Shown piece after piece: positions 9,362 to 18,106 of a stretch of 64,000 nucleotides of DNA (the stretch's first letter is position 1; each line of letters begins with the position of its first letter). Below the pieces are notes generated by a model that saw nothing but the letters and a program-made list of their open reading frames with translations, had not been told where the DNA came from and did no database searches. The position numbers and the translations under genes were made by a program. The DNA comes from Solirubrobacterales bacterium (GTDB lineage Bacteria; Actinomycetota; Thermoleophilia; Solirubrobacterales; Solirubrobacteraceae), in NCBI GenBank assembly GCA_038224135.1, contig JBBRFO010000001.1:9503-73502 (forward strand), read 5' to 3'.

Positions 9362-11028
9362 GCGGCGACCTCCCTGCGCGGGAGCCGCTCGCTCTTGTCC
9401 TGCAGGCGCCGGCAGGCGGCCAGCGCGTCGAAGTCCGGGCCGCCGGCGGTCAGCCGGTCGACGTCGGCGAAGACGGCGCCGCGGGCGACCTCGCCGGCCA
9501 GGTCACGGCCGAGGATCTCGCCGGCCGCCGCGCGCCCGCCGGCCAGCGCGCCGACGATGCCATGGCCGCTGCGCGCGCTGACGCCGGCCAGGAACAGGCC
9601 GCCGATCGGCGTCGCCGGGGCCGGGCGCCGCGGGCCCATCTGGTCGGTCGCCAGCTCGATGCCGTAGCTCGATCCGTCCGTGGACAGCGTGTAGCGCTCC
9701 TGCGTCAGCGGCGTTGCCGTCTCCTGCCAGCGGATGTGCGGGCGCAGGTCGCCGACGACGCCCTCGGCGACGTCGATCATCCGATCGGCGAGCGCGGCCT
9801 TCGTCTGGCGGTAGCGCTCGTTGCGGCTGTATCCGGCGATCTCGCCGTCGACGCCCCAGGCACTGCGGGACGGCGTCGTCCACGTCATCAGCTCCAACGT
9901 CGAACAGCCGGGCGGCGCATGGTGCGTGCTCGTCGGATCCTTGACCGTCGCGGAGGTCATGTACACCGGCGGTGTGTCCGCGATCGCGCCGCCGACGGCT
10001 TCGGCGTAGCGGGCCTCGGGGTCGTAGTCGGGGTGGACCCAGTAGTTCGTGTTGCGCATCGTCTCGGCGAGGTCGCGGTCGACGCCGAGGTAGAGGCAGA
10101 ACAGCGGCGTCGCCATCCGGAATCCGCTGACCCGCTCGCGGAAGCGCGGCGAGACGGCGGTGTCCGGCAGCAGCTGCAGGAACGTCTGCTTGATGTCGGC
10201 GGTCGAGACGACGATGTCGGAGCGGATCTCGCTGCCGTCGGCCAGGCGCACGCCGCGAACGCGGCCGTTGCTGACGGCGATCTGGTCGACGCGCGCATGC
10301 GTGCGCACGCGGCCGCCGTGCGTCTGGATCACGTCGAGCAGGTGCGCGGCGAGCGTCTGGCCGCCGCCCCCGAGGTAGTAGGCACCCTCGTCCAGGTAGT
10401 GATCGATCAGGCCGGCGTGCAGCGCGACCGGCGTGCGCGAGGGCGGGGTCGCGTAGTCGCCGGATTGCGCGACGATCACCGCGCGGAGCTGGTCGCTGAG
10501 CTTGCAGTGATCGAACAGGTCGCTGATCGGCCGCATGCCCCAGGCGACGACGGCCGGCGCCCGCAGCGGGTAGCGCAGGTAGTCGAGCTTCGTGCGGGGG
10601 ACGCCGGCCTTGCGCAGCTGGCGCGCGACGCCCTCGAGCAGGCGCAGGAAGCGGCGCAGCCCGTCGGTCTCCTGCGGGAATGCGGCGTGGAGGCGCTCGC
10701 CATAGGCCGCCCAGCCCTTCGGCACGCGGATCTCGTGCTGGGGGAACAGCAGCGTGTCGAAGCCGTCCGGGTCGAGTTCGTGCCACTCCATCCGGCCCTC
10801 GAGGCCGACGCCGCGCAGCACAGAACCGATCTCGCCGGTGTGGACGCCGCCGACGTAGTGCAGGCCGACGTCGAACTGCCACTCGCGCTTGCGGCGGAAG
10901 ACCTGGCTGCAGCCGCCGGCGACGTCGTACTGCTCGAGCACGAGCACGCGCTTGTCGTTGGCGGCGAGGTGCGCCGCCGTGCTCAGCCCGCCCAGGCCCG
11001 ATCCGATCACCACTGCGTCCCAGTCCAT
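9358..11028 (-). CDS. NAD(P)/FAD-dependent oxidoreductase, phytoene-desaturase (CrtI)-like
   Basis: MDWDAVVIGSGLGGLSTAAHLA...VLEQYDVAGG dinucleotide-binding motif. ATG 11028 is preceded by GGAGG at 8-nt spacing. The ORF-track GTG at 11043 is an alternative start. Confidence 0.85.
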   Translation of the reverse strand: MDWDAVVIGSGLGGLSTAAHLAANDKRVLVLEQYDVAGGCSQVFRRKREWQFDVGLHYVGGVHTGEIGSVLRGVGLEGRMEWHELDPDGFDTLLFPQHEIRVPKGWAAYGERLHAAFPQETDGLRRFLRLLEGVARQLRKAGVPRTKLDYLRYPLRAPAVVAWGMRPISDLFDHCKLSDQLRAVIVAQSGDYATPPSRTPVALHAGLIDHYLDEGAYYLGGGGQTLAAHLLDVIQTHGGRVRTHARVDQIAVSNGRVRGVRLADGSEIRSDIVVSTADIKQTFLQLLPDTAVSPRFRERVSGFRMATPLFCLYLGVDRDLAETMRNTNYWVHPDYDPEARYAEAVGGAIADTPPVYMTSATVKDPTSTHHAPPGCSTLELMTWTTPSRSAWGVDGEIAGYSRNERYRQTKAALADRMIDVAEGVVGDLRPHIRWQETATPLTQERYTLSTDGSSYGIELATDQMGPRRPAPATPIGGLFLAGVSARSGHGIVGALAGGRAAAGEILGRDLAGEVARGAVFADVDRLTAGGPDFDALAACRRLQDKSERLPRREVAA

Positions 11029-11053
11029 CGTGCTGCCCTCCACCGGTCGTCGT

Positions 11054-11074
11054 TATAGGTACAGCATACCTATA
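11054..11074. promoter_or_regulatory. AT-rich inverted repeat TATAGGTA-N5-TACCTATA; candidate PadR operator/promoter of the oxidoreductase-padR operon
   Basis: Perfect 8-bp arms at 11054-11061 and 11067-11074. It lies 26 nt upstream of ATG 11028 and is the only AT-rich patch locally. Confidence 0.5.
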
Positions 11075-11095
11075 CGGCGAGGGTGGCGCGAGGTT

Positions 11096-11578
11096 TCACC
11101 AACCGCCGCGATCCGGCGGACCCGGAGGCGGTGCGGGCCGGCGTGCAGCTCGCAGCACGGCGATCAGGCCGCCGATCGCGACCACGCCGAGCGCGACGGC
11201 GAGCCCGGCGCCGTAGTCGCGTGGCAGCAGCGTGGGGTTGCCGGGGAGCTCGCCCCAGCGGCCGATCACCGGGATCGAGAGCAACACGACGCTGCCGGCG
11301 ACGATCAGCGTCGCCTGAAAGGCCGGCCGCAGGCGTCGCGGCAGGACGAACCACCCGACCAGGCCGAGGCTGACGACGAGCGGTGCGAACAGGCCGTCGT
11401 GCAGCAGCAGGCCGCCGATCAGGAACGTCGCCCAATTGGTCAGCGAGCCTGCGCGCGGGTCGTTCAACAGGCCGATCAGCGCGAACGCGATCACGCCGAG
11501 GCCGACCGCGGCGGCGACCCAGAACAGCCGTCCGCCGACCTCGTCCTCGCCGAGTCGGGGCGCCGGTCGCTCGTCCAT
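11096..11578 (-). CDS. hypothetical integral membrane protein (about 4 TM)
   Basis: ATG 11578 shares one nucleotide with the stop of the upstream molybdoenzyme gene (TGATG). Hydrophobic segments and high GC3. Confidence 0.7.
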   Translation of the reverse strand: MDERPAPRLGEDEVGGRLFWVAAAVGLGVIAFALIGLLNDPRAGSLTNWATFLIGGLLLHDGLFAPLVVSLGLVGWFVLPRRLRPAFQATLIVAGSVVLLSIPVIGRWGELPGNPTLLPRDYGAGLAVALGVVAIGGLIAVLRAARRPAPPPGPPDRGGW

Positions 11579-12825
11579 CACACGACCTCCAGTCGGCCGA
11601 CCCACTTGGTCTGCTGCACGCCCGGCCGGTTCGGCGCGATCAGCCGCGCCGGGAAGCCGTGGTCGATGTGCAGCTCCTCGCCCCGCACGCGCAGCGCGAG
11701 CAACGTGTCGCCGTGCGCGGCGTGTGCCTCGTTGAGCCGCGAGGAGCGATACGAGCCCCGCGGCTGCAGCGAGTGCACGATCACTTCCGCGTTGGCGTCG
11801 GCGCCGGCCATCGCCAGCAGGTCGCGGACGCGTACGCCGGTCCAGGTCGCGCCGGCGCTCCAGCCCTCGACGCAGGCGATCGGCAGCGACGCGGTGTGCT
11901 GGGGCAGCGACTGCAGGTCGGCGAGCGTCAGCCGCAGCGGTGTGGCGACGCGGCCGTTGACGACCAGCGCGTACTGCGGGTCGCGGGCGATCGTCGTCAC
12001 GCGCGCGCCGGCCGCCGTCTTGTTGATCGGCAGCCCCTGTGGCCCGACGCCAGGGTCGCGTGGCGCGAGCAGCGAGACGCGGCGCAGCGGGCGGAACGTC
12101 TGTCCGACGCTGAGCACGGTCACGGCGCCGACGGCCGTCGCGACGGCGCCGAAGAAGGCGCGCCGGCTGAGGCCGTCCCCGTCAGGCTCGGGCCGCGAGC
12201 GCCCCTCGCTGCCCAGCGCGCGCCGCGTCGTCACCCATTTGGCGCCGATGTGCACGATCAGGCCGCCGATGACCAGCCAGGCCGTCCAGTAGTGGGCGAC
12301 CGGGAACGAGAACGACCAGACGTACCAGTGGGCGGTGTTCGCCAGGCCGGTGAACAGCTGGAACAGCCCGCCGGCGACGAGCGGGATCAGCGCGATCCGC
12401 TCGACCAGATGCGCCGGACTGCGGACCGGCGGCATCACGAACAGCAGCGGGTAGATCGTCCACAGCTTCGCGAGCAGCAGTGGGATCGCGGCGATGCCGG
12501 CGGCGACGTGCAGCCCCTGCGTGAAGCGGTACAGCCACGCCGGCGAGGCGGGCATCGAAAGGAACCCGAGGTCGAGCGGGTGCTGCGCGAAGTGGCTGTA
12601 GAGCCCGGTCAGGAAGCAGGTGATGAAGGTGATGCCGAGCGCGGCGCCGAGGACTGCGGCGACGCGCTCGTCGTGCAGCCGGCCGGGGAACCGCGCCGGA
12701 TCGACGCGGCGGGCGGCGGCACGCTCAGCCGCGCGCTCGCCCAGGTGGTCGGCGAGGGCCGCGCTCGGCGCCTGCCCGGCCGCCAGGCGCTCGCCTACGC
12801 CGCGGCCACGAGTGCGACGAACCAT
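11578..12825 (-). CDS. molybdopterin-dependent oxidoreductase (sulfite-oxidase/YedY fold) fused to an N-terminal polytopic His-rich membrane domain
   Basis: C-terminal ...LPIACVEGWSAGATWTGVRVRDLL...HGFPARLIAPNRPGVQQTKWVGRLEVV. The N-terminal half has about 5-6 TM with several conserved-looking His. Confidence 0.8.
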   Translation of the reverse strand: MVRRTRGRGVGERLAAGQAPSAALADHLGERAAERAAARRVDPARFPGRLHDERVAAVLGAALGITFITCFLTGLYSHFAQHPLDLGFLSMPASPAWLYRFTQGLHVAAGIAAIPLLLAKLWTIYPLLFVMPPVRSPAHLVERIALIPLVAGGLFQLFTGLANTAHWYVWSFSFPVAHYWTAWLVIGGLIVHIGAKWVTTRRALGSEGRSRPEPDGDGLSRRAFFGAVATAVGAVTVLSVGQTFRPLRRVSLLAPRDPGVGPQGLPINKTAAGARVTTIARDPQYALVVNGRVATPLRLTLADLQSLPQHTASLPIACVEGWSAGATWTGVRVRDLLAMAGADANAEVIVHSLQPRGSYRSSRLNEAHAAHGDTLLALRVRGEELHIDHGFPARLIAPNRPGVQQTKWVGRLEVV

Positions 12826-13445
12826 CGTCCGTCAGCCTCCCAGGTGGCGTGGCCGCGCAGGCCCGCGGAGTGCGCCAGGGCGCCGACGTCGTCGACGCCG
12901 ACCTGCGCCCACGGGAACCAGCCGCTGTGCGCCCCGGGAACCTCGAGCCGGATCCGCTCGCGACGCGTCGCCGTTCCGGGCCCTCCGACCTCGACGATCA
13001 CGCGGCCGCCGGGCGCAAGCAGGTCGGCTGTGCGCGCCAGCAGCGACGCCGGATCGCCGCCGATGCCGATGTTGCCGTCGAGCAGCAGCGCGCTGCCCCA
13101 GGTGCCGGCCCGGGGCACGCCGGAGAAGACGCAGGCCTCGATGACGGGCGCACCACGCCGCCGGGCCTCGGCGACGGCCGCCGGCGAGATGTCGACGCCG
13201 AGCGCGTCGATCCCGTGCTGTGCACAGGCGAGGACGTGACGGCCCGGTCCGCAGCCGATGTCCAGGACGGGGCCGCGAACGCGGGCGATGACCGACTCGT
13301 CGGCGCCGTCGACGGCTCCGAGCCAGCGCTCGAGGTCGACCGGCTCGTCGCGCCCGTCGGTGAAGCGCACCCGCAGGCCGGATCGCGCGCCGCTCGCCAG
13401 GCCGAAGGCGTACAGGTCGCCGGCCGTGTGCAGGGCCGCGCTCAT
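12795..13445 (-). CDS. class I SAM-dependent methyltransferase
   Basis: VLDIGCGPGRH motif I. ATGA overlap with the upstream gene. Its 3' end overlaps the next gene by 31 nt. Confidence 0.85.
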   Translation of the reverse strand: MSAALHTAGDLYAFGLASGARSGLRVRFTDGRDEPVDLERWLGAVDGADESVIARVRGPVLDIGCGPGRHVLACAQHGIDALGVDISPAAVAEARRRGAPVIEACVFSGVPRAGTWGSALLLDGNIGIGGDPASLLARTADLLAPGGRVIVEVGGPGTATRRERIRLEVPGAHSGWFPWAQVGVDDVGALAHSAGLRGHATWEADGRWFVALVAAA

Positions 13446-14083
13446 GCGGCGCGCTCGTCCAGGAGCTCTGGGGTGATCGCGGCGAGCGCCGCGGCGAAGC
13501 GTGTCAGCGGTGCCTGTTCGGCGACCGCGAACGCGTCAGCGATCGCGTCGACATCGCGCAGCTCCGGCAGCTGCGAGACGCGCAGGCCAAGCGCTTCCAG
13601 CCGCGCGAGCTGTGCCGCGCCGGTCCCATCTGCGCTCATCGGCACGCCGTCGAACGCACCGGGCTGGGGGCCGCGCAGGCCGATGCCCCAGTAGCCGCCG
13701 TCGGGCGCGAAGCCGAGCGACGCGTCGCAGCCGGCGAGCGCTCGCAGACCTGCCTCGAGATCGGCCGGCAGGATCTGCGGCGTGTCCATCCCGACGAGGA
13801 ACGCCGGCCCGTCGACCTGCGCAAACGCCGCCGCCAAGCGCGCGCCGAGCCCGCCGGAGGCCTGCGGGACGACGTCGAAGCCTTCGGGAAGCCAGTCGCC
13901 GGGGGTGCCGTCGAGCACCAGCAGCCGCCGGCCCGCTTGGGCGACGGCGACGGCGTCAAGCGTGTCCCGCAACGCTGCGGCGGCCAGGTCGCAGGCCTGC
14001 TGCGGCGTGCATGGCGGGCACAGCCGCGTCTTGCTGCGGCCGGCTCGCGGTGCCTTGGCGATGACGATCAGCGTGCCGCTCAC
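13442..14083 (-). CDS. DUF2064 / TIGR04282-like (CofC-like nucleotidyltransferase fold) protein
   Basis: VSGTLIVIAKAPRAGRSKTRL...GGLGARL...FLVGMDTP...DGGYWGIGL. GTG 14083 forms a GTGA overlap with the GT2 stop. Confidence 0.75.
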   Translation of the reverse strand: MSGTLIVIAKAPRAGRSKTRLCPPCTPQQACDLAAAALRDTLDAVAVAQAGRRLLVLDGTPGDWLPEGFDVVPQASGGLGARLAAAFAQVDGPAFLVGMDTPQILPADLEAGLRALAGCDASLGFAPDGGYWGIGLRGPQPGAFDGVPMSADGTGAAQLARLEALGLRVSQLPELRDVDAIADAFAVAEQAPLTRFAAALAAITPELLDERAA

Positions 14084-14724
14084 GCCAGAACCCGGCTCAT
14101 GTCGCGGATGGTGCGCGCCGTCCCACGGGCGGTGCCGGTCACCTTTGAGCGCCCGGTTCGCGGGTGGTAGGGAATCTCGGCCTCGACGATCTGCCAGCCG
14201 GCGCCGCCGGCGCGCAGCACCGTCTCCAGCGGGTAGCCGAAGCGGCGATCGGTCATGCCGAGCCCGAGCAGTGCCTCTCGCGGCGCGGCGCGCATCGGCC
14301 CCAGGTCGGTCAGCTGCGCGCCAGTGCGACGGCGCAGCTCGCGGGCCAGCCCGCGATTGGCCAGGCGAGCATGCAGCGGCCAGGCGCCGCGCGTCGTCGG
14401 ACGGCGTGCGCCGAGCGCCAGCGTCGGCGTGTGCGGGTCGAGCAGCGCGACGAGCTGCGGCAACTCGCGCGGGTCGAGCGACGCGTCGGCGTCCATGAAA
14501 CAGACGACATCGGCGGTCGCGGCGAGCAGCCCGGCGTGACACGCCGATCCGAAACCGCGAACCGGAGCGTCGACCACGAGGGCCCCGAGCCGCGCGGCGA
14601 GCGCACCAGATCCGTCCGTCGACGCGTTGTCGGCCACGATCGCGCGGTACCCATCCGGGATGCGTTCCAACACCCAGGGGAGCGCGTCGCGCTCGTCCAG
14701 CACCGGCAGAATCACGTCGATCAT
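14080..14724 (-). CDS. family 2 glycosyltransferase (polyprenyl-phosphate sugar synthase-like)
   Basis: MIDVILPVLDE...ADNASTDGS...FMDADASLDP (DxD). Start at ATG 14724. The longer ORF-track extension is Arg-rich and looks non-coding. Confidence 0.85.
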   Translation of the reverse strand: MIDVILPVLDERDALPWVLERIPDGYRAIVADNASTDGSGALAARLGALVVDAPVRGFGSACHAGLLAATADVVCFMDADASLDPRELPQLVALLDPHTPTLALGARRPTTRGAWPLHARLANRGLARELRRRTGAQLTDLGPMRAAPREALLGLGMTDRRFGYPLETVLRAGGAGWQIVEAEIPYHPRTGRSKVTGTARGTARTIRDMSRVLA

Positions 14725-14832
14725 CGCCCTCGAACCTACGACACAGCGCCGCTCGGCCGCGATTACGGAATGGAAAATCCAGGACCGAGCGACTGGGCGG
14801 CGACGACGGCGCGGCGTTAGCGTGCACGGTCC

Positions 14833-16125
14833 GTGGTGAGTCAGCCGATCAGCGCACCGCGCTCGCCGTGGGTCACCGGTCCCTGGTTCGCGTCGCTCCT
14901 CTGGGTATCGCTCGTCGTCGCGGGGTGGGCGATCGGCTCGCATCTCGACCAGGCCGATCCGAAGATCCACATCGGGGCCGCACCGCTCGTCGGGACGTAC
15001 GACGTGCGGGTCGGCTGGCGGCTGCTCGTGCCACTCATCGTCGGCGTCGCCGGCGCGGCGTGGGGTCCGCCGCTGGCGGCGCGACTGTCGTTCGGACGCC
15101 TGCTCGCGCTGACCTGGGTCGGCGCGGCGGCGTGGGCGACGGCGCTCGCGGCGAGCGACGGAGTGGGTGCGATCACGCGGCCGCTGACGCGTCGCTACGA
15201 GTACCTCGCAGCCGTCGACCGCGTCGGCTCGCCAGGCAGCTTCCTCCGCGGCTTCCTCGATCAGCTGCCGTCGTACCCGACGCACGTACGCGGTCATCCG
15301 CCCGGCATGGTCCTGCTGCTCTGGTGCCTGGACCGCATCGGGCTCGGCGGCGCTCAGGTGGCGGCCGCGCTCGTCATCGGCGTCGGCGCGCTGGCGGCGC
15401 CCGCGGCGCTCGTCGTGCTGCGGGACGTCTCCGGGGACGGACAGGCGCGCGGCGCTGCGCCGTTCCTCGCGCTGCTTCCGGGAGCGGTCTGGGTGGCGAC
15501 CTCGGCTGACGCGCTGTTCGCCGCCGTGCTCGCGATCGGGCTGGCGCTGCTGACCCTGGCCTGCGGCCGCCGTGGGCGCAGATCGGACGCGCTCGCGATC
15601 GCCGCAGGGCTGACGTTCGGCGCCGCGCTGATGCTGAGCTACGGAGCCGTCCCGTTCGGCGCGCTCGTCCTTGCGGTCGCCGCCTGGCTGCGGCGGCTGC
15701 GGCCACTGGTGCTCGCGGGCGCCGCGGTCCTCGCCGTACTGGGGCTGTTCTGGGCGCTGGGGTTCTTCTGGCCCGATGGGCTGCGCGCGACCCGTGAGCT
15801 AGCGCTCGCCGGCGTGCTGACGCGGCGGCCGTACGCGGCATTTCTGCTGATCTCGCTCGCCGCATTCGCGCTCGCCGTCGGGCCGGCCGCGGCGGCTGGC
15901 GCGGCGAACCTGCGCGACCGCGGAACGTGGGTACTCGCCGGGGCCGGACTCGTCGCGGTCGCCGCCGCCGATCTGTCGGGTCTGTCGCGCGGCGAGACGG
16001 AGCGCATCTGGCTGCCGTTCGCGCCCTGGGTCATGCTCGCCGCGACCGGCCTGGGCCGAGGCTGGCTCGGCGCGCAGGTGCTGCTCGGGCTCGCACTCCA
16101 GGCAGGGGTACGCTCGCCGTGGTGA
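14833..16125 (+). CDS. polytopic integral membrane protein (possible GT-C-type glycosyltransferase; function unproven)
   Basis: 430 aa, at least 10 hydrophobic helices. Divergent from the GT2 operon. Confidence 0.7.
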   Translation: MVSQPISAPRSPWVTGPWFASLLWVSLVVAGWAIGSHLDQADPKIHIGAAPLVGTYDVRVGWRLLVPLIVGVAGAAWGPPLAARLSFGRLLALTWVGAAAWATALAASDGVGAITRPLTRRYEYLAAVDRVGSPGSFLRGFLDQLPSYPTHVRGHPPGMVLLLWCLDRIGLGGAQVAAALVIGVGALAAPAALVVLRDVSGDGQARGAAPFLALLPGAVWVATSADALFAAVLAIGLALLTLACGRRGRRSDALAIAAGLTFGAALMLSYGAVPFGALVLAVAAWLRRLRPLVLAGAAVLAVLGLFWALGFFWPDGLRATRELALAGVLTRRPYAAFLLISLAAFALAVGPAAAAGAANLRDRGTWVLAGAGLVAVAAADLSGLSRGETERIWLPFAPWVMLAATGLGRGWLGAQVLLGLALQAGVRSPW

Positions 16126-17039
16126 GGCGGGGAACGGGACTGACGACGGCCGCCATGCTGCTGTCGATGACGCTGCTCGCGGGCTGCGGGGGCAACGCTG
16201 CGCAGACACCGGCTCGCAGCCAGGCGGGGGGTCGCACGCTGCCGCCGCCGGCGCACGATGTGATCGCCGCCCTTGCCGCGTTGCCGAACGGCGGGCTGCG
16301 CTACGGCGAGCTAGCGAGCGGCACGATTCGTGACCTCGGCTCGCGGCGCGTGCTCGCACGCGTCCCGGTTCGAGCGGGCGGCCAGCGCGGACTGCTCGGC
16401 CTCGCCGTCGACCGCCGCGGGCGAACCTTCGCCGCCTCGGTCGATCGCCGCGGGGACCTGGCGGTGGATCAGGTGCTGCCGGTGCCGCGACGGCGCGTCT
16501 GGACCGGTCCCAGCGCGGCGCTGCTGGGCAATGGCGGCCATCTTGCGATGCTGCCGGACGGGCGGCTCGTGCTCGGTATCGGCGACCTGCAGCGACCGTC
16601 GCGGACGAGTGATCCGCGCGCGCTCAACGGCAAGCTCATCGCACTCGCGCCCGGTGGGCCGGCCGGGCAGCGCCCGCAGATCCTCAGCAGCGGCTGGAAC
16701 AACCCGTTCGCGTTCGCAACCACGGCCGGTGGGCGCATCTGGGTCGCCGACAACGCGCCCGGCCGCCGGCCCGAGCGGCTCGGGCCGGGCGCCGGCGCCG
16801 GCCCGCGGACGCCGCTGACGCGCCACACGGCGCCGTCGGGCCTTGCCGTCCTGTCCGCGAGCGATGTCGCGGTCTGCGGCGTCGGGTCGGGCCGGCTCGA
16901 CCGCTATCGGCGCTCGGCGTCGGGCCGCTGGTCGTACGCCGGCCGCTTCTCCGCGCCGTGCCGGTTCGGTGTCGCGCGGCTGACCGGCGGCGACCTGATC
17001 GTCTCGGCCGACGACGGCCTCAGGCGGGTGCGGCGATGA
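16122..17039 (+). CDS. lipoprotein, PQQ-dependent sugar (sorbosone/glucose) dehydrogenase-like beta-propeller
   Basis: GTGA overlap with the upstream stop. Lipobox MTLLAGCGG. GLLGLAVD, GGHLAMLPDGRLVLGIGD, NGKLIAL, GWNNPFAFA..GRIWVADNAPG. Confidence 0.6.
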   Translation: MRRGTGLTTAAMLLSMTLLAGCGGNAAQTPARSQAGGRTLPPPAHDVIAALAALPNGGLRYGELASGTIRDLGSRRVLARVPVRAGGQRGLLGLAVDRRGRTFAASVDRRGDLAVDQVLPVPRRRVWTGPSAALLGNGGHLAMLPDGRLVLGIGDLQRPSRTSDPRALNGKLIALAPGGPAGQRPQILSSGWNNPFAFATTAGGRIWVADNAPGRRPERLGPGAGAGPRTPLTRHTAPSGLAVLSASDVAVCGVGSGRLDRYRRSASGRWSYAGRFSAPCRFGVARLTGGDLIVSADDGLRRVRR

Positions 17040-18076
17040 GGGTGCTCGTCACCGGCGGCGCCGGGTTCATCGGCTCGCACGTCGTCGATGCGCTGCACGC
17101 GAGCGGTCACGAGGCGGTCGTGCTCGACCGCGACGACGCGCACCTGCCGGCCGCCGCCGAGTACCTGCGCGGTGACGTCCGCGACGCGGATGTCGTGGCT
17201 CGGGCGCTGCGCGGTGCCGACGCGGTCAGCCATCAGGCGGCGCGCGTCGGCCTCGGCACCGACCTGCTCGACATCGCCGACTACAGCGCCGACAACGATC
17301 TCGGAACGGCCGTCCTGATCCGCGAGCTGGCGCGAACCGGATTCGCCGGCAGGCTCGTGCTCGCCGGCAGCATGGTCGTCTATGGCGAGGGTCGCTATCG
17401 CTGCCCCGAGCATGGCATCGTCCGGCCCGGCCCGCGCTCGCGCGCCGACCTGGAGGCCGGCCGCTTCGAGCCGCCGTGCCCGGTCTGCGCGCGCCCGCTG
17501 ACGCCCGAGGCGATCCCCGAGGACGCGCCGCTCGACCCGCGCAACGTCTACGCCGCGACAAAGCTGCATCAGGAACATCTGTGCGGTGCGCTCGCGCGGG
17601 AAGGCGCCGTGCATGTCACGGCCCTGCGCTACCACAACGTCTACGGGCCGCGGCTGCCGCGCGACACGCCGTATGCCGGGGTCGCGGCGCTGTTCCTCAG
17701 CGCGCTGCTCGGCGGCCGGCCGCCCTCGGTGTTCGAGGACGGCGGCCAGCTGCGCGACTTCGTCCACGTTCGCGATGTCGCGCGCGCCAACGTGCTGGCG
17801 CTGACGGCGAGCGAGCCCGTAGACGGCGCGCTGAACATCTGCAGCGGCACCCCGCGGAGCGTCGGTGCGATGGCGCAGGCGCTTGCGGATGCCGTCGGCG
17901 GGTCCGGCCTGGCCCCGCGGACGACGGGCGAGTTCCGCCTCGGCGACGTGCGGCACGTGTTCGCCGCCGCCGATCGAGCGCGTTCGACGCTGGGGTTCGA
18001 AGCCCGCGAGGACTTTGCCGCGGGAATGCGCGAGCTTCATGAACAGTCGGTGAACTCCGGTCCGAACGCCTCGTAA
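17036..18076 (+). CDS. NAD-dependent epimerase/dehydratase
   Basis: MRVLVTGGAGFIGSHVVDAL Rossmann motif and YAATK catalytic YxxxK. ATGA overlap with the upstream gene. Confidence 0.9.
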   Translation: MRVLVTGGAGFIGSHVVDALHASGHEAVVLDRDDAHLPAAAEYLRGDVRDADVVARALRGADAVSHQAARVGLGTDLLDIADYSADNDLGTAVLIRELARTGFAGRLVLAGSMVVYGEGRYRCPEHGIVRPGPRSRADLEAGRFEPPCPVCARPLTPEAIPEDAPLDPRNVYAATKLHQEHLCGALAREGAVHVTALRYHNVYGPRLPRDTPYAGVAALFLSALLGGRPPSVFEDGGQLRDFVHVRDVARANVLALTASEPVDGALNICSGTPRSVGAMAQALADAVGGSGLAPRTTGEFRLGDVRHVFAAADRARSTLGFEAREDFAAGMRELHEQSVNSGPNAS

Positions 18077-18106
18077 CGGCGCCGGGCGCCTGCCAGACTC
18101 GGCGCT

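Noticed and set aside
13442-15297. Long N-terminal extensions of the DUF2064 (461 aa) and GT2 (405 aa) ORFs in the track.
   Set aside because: The extensions are Arg/Ala/Pro-rich and overlap the true upstream genes. Conserved N-termini (VSGTLIVIAKAP, MIDVILPVLDE) begin at internal starts that create the usual 4-nt overlaps.
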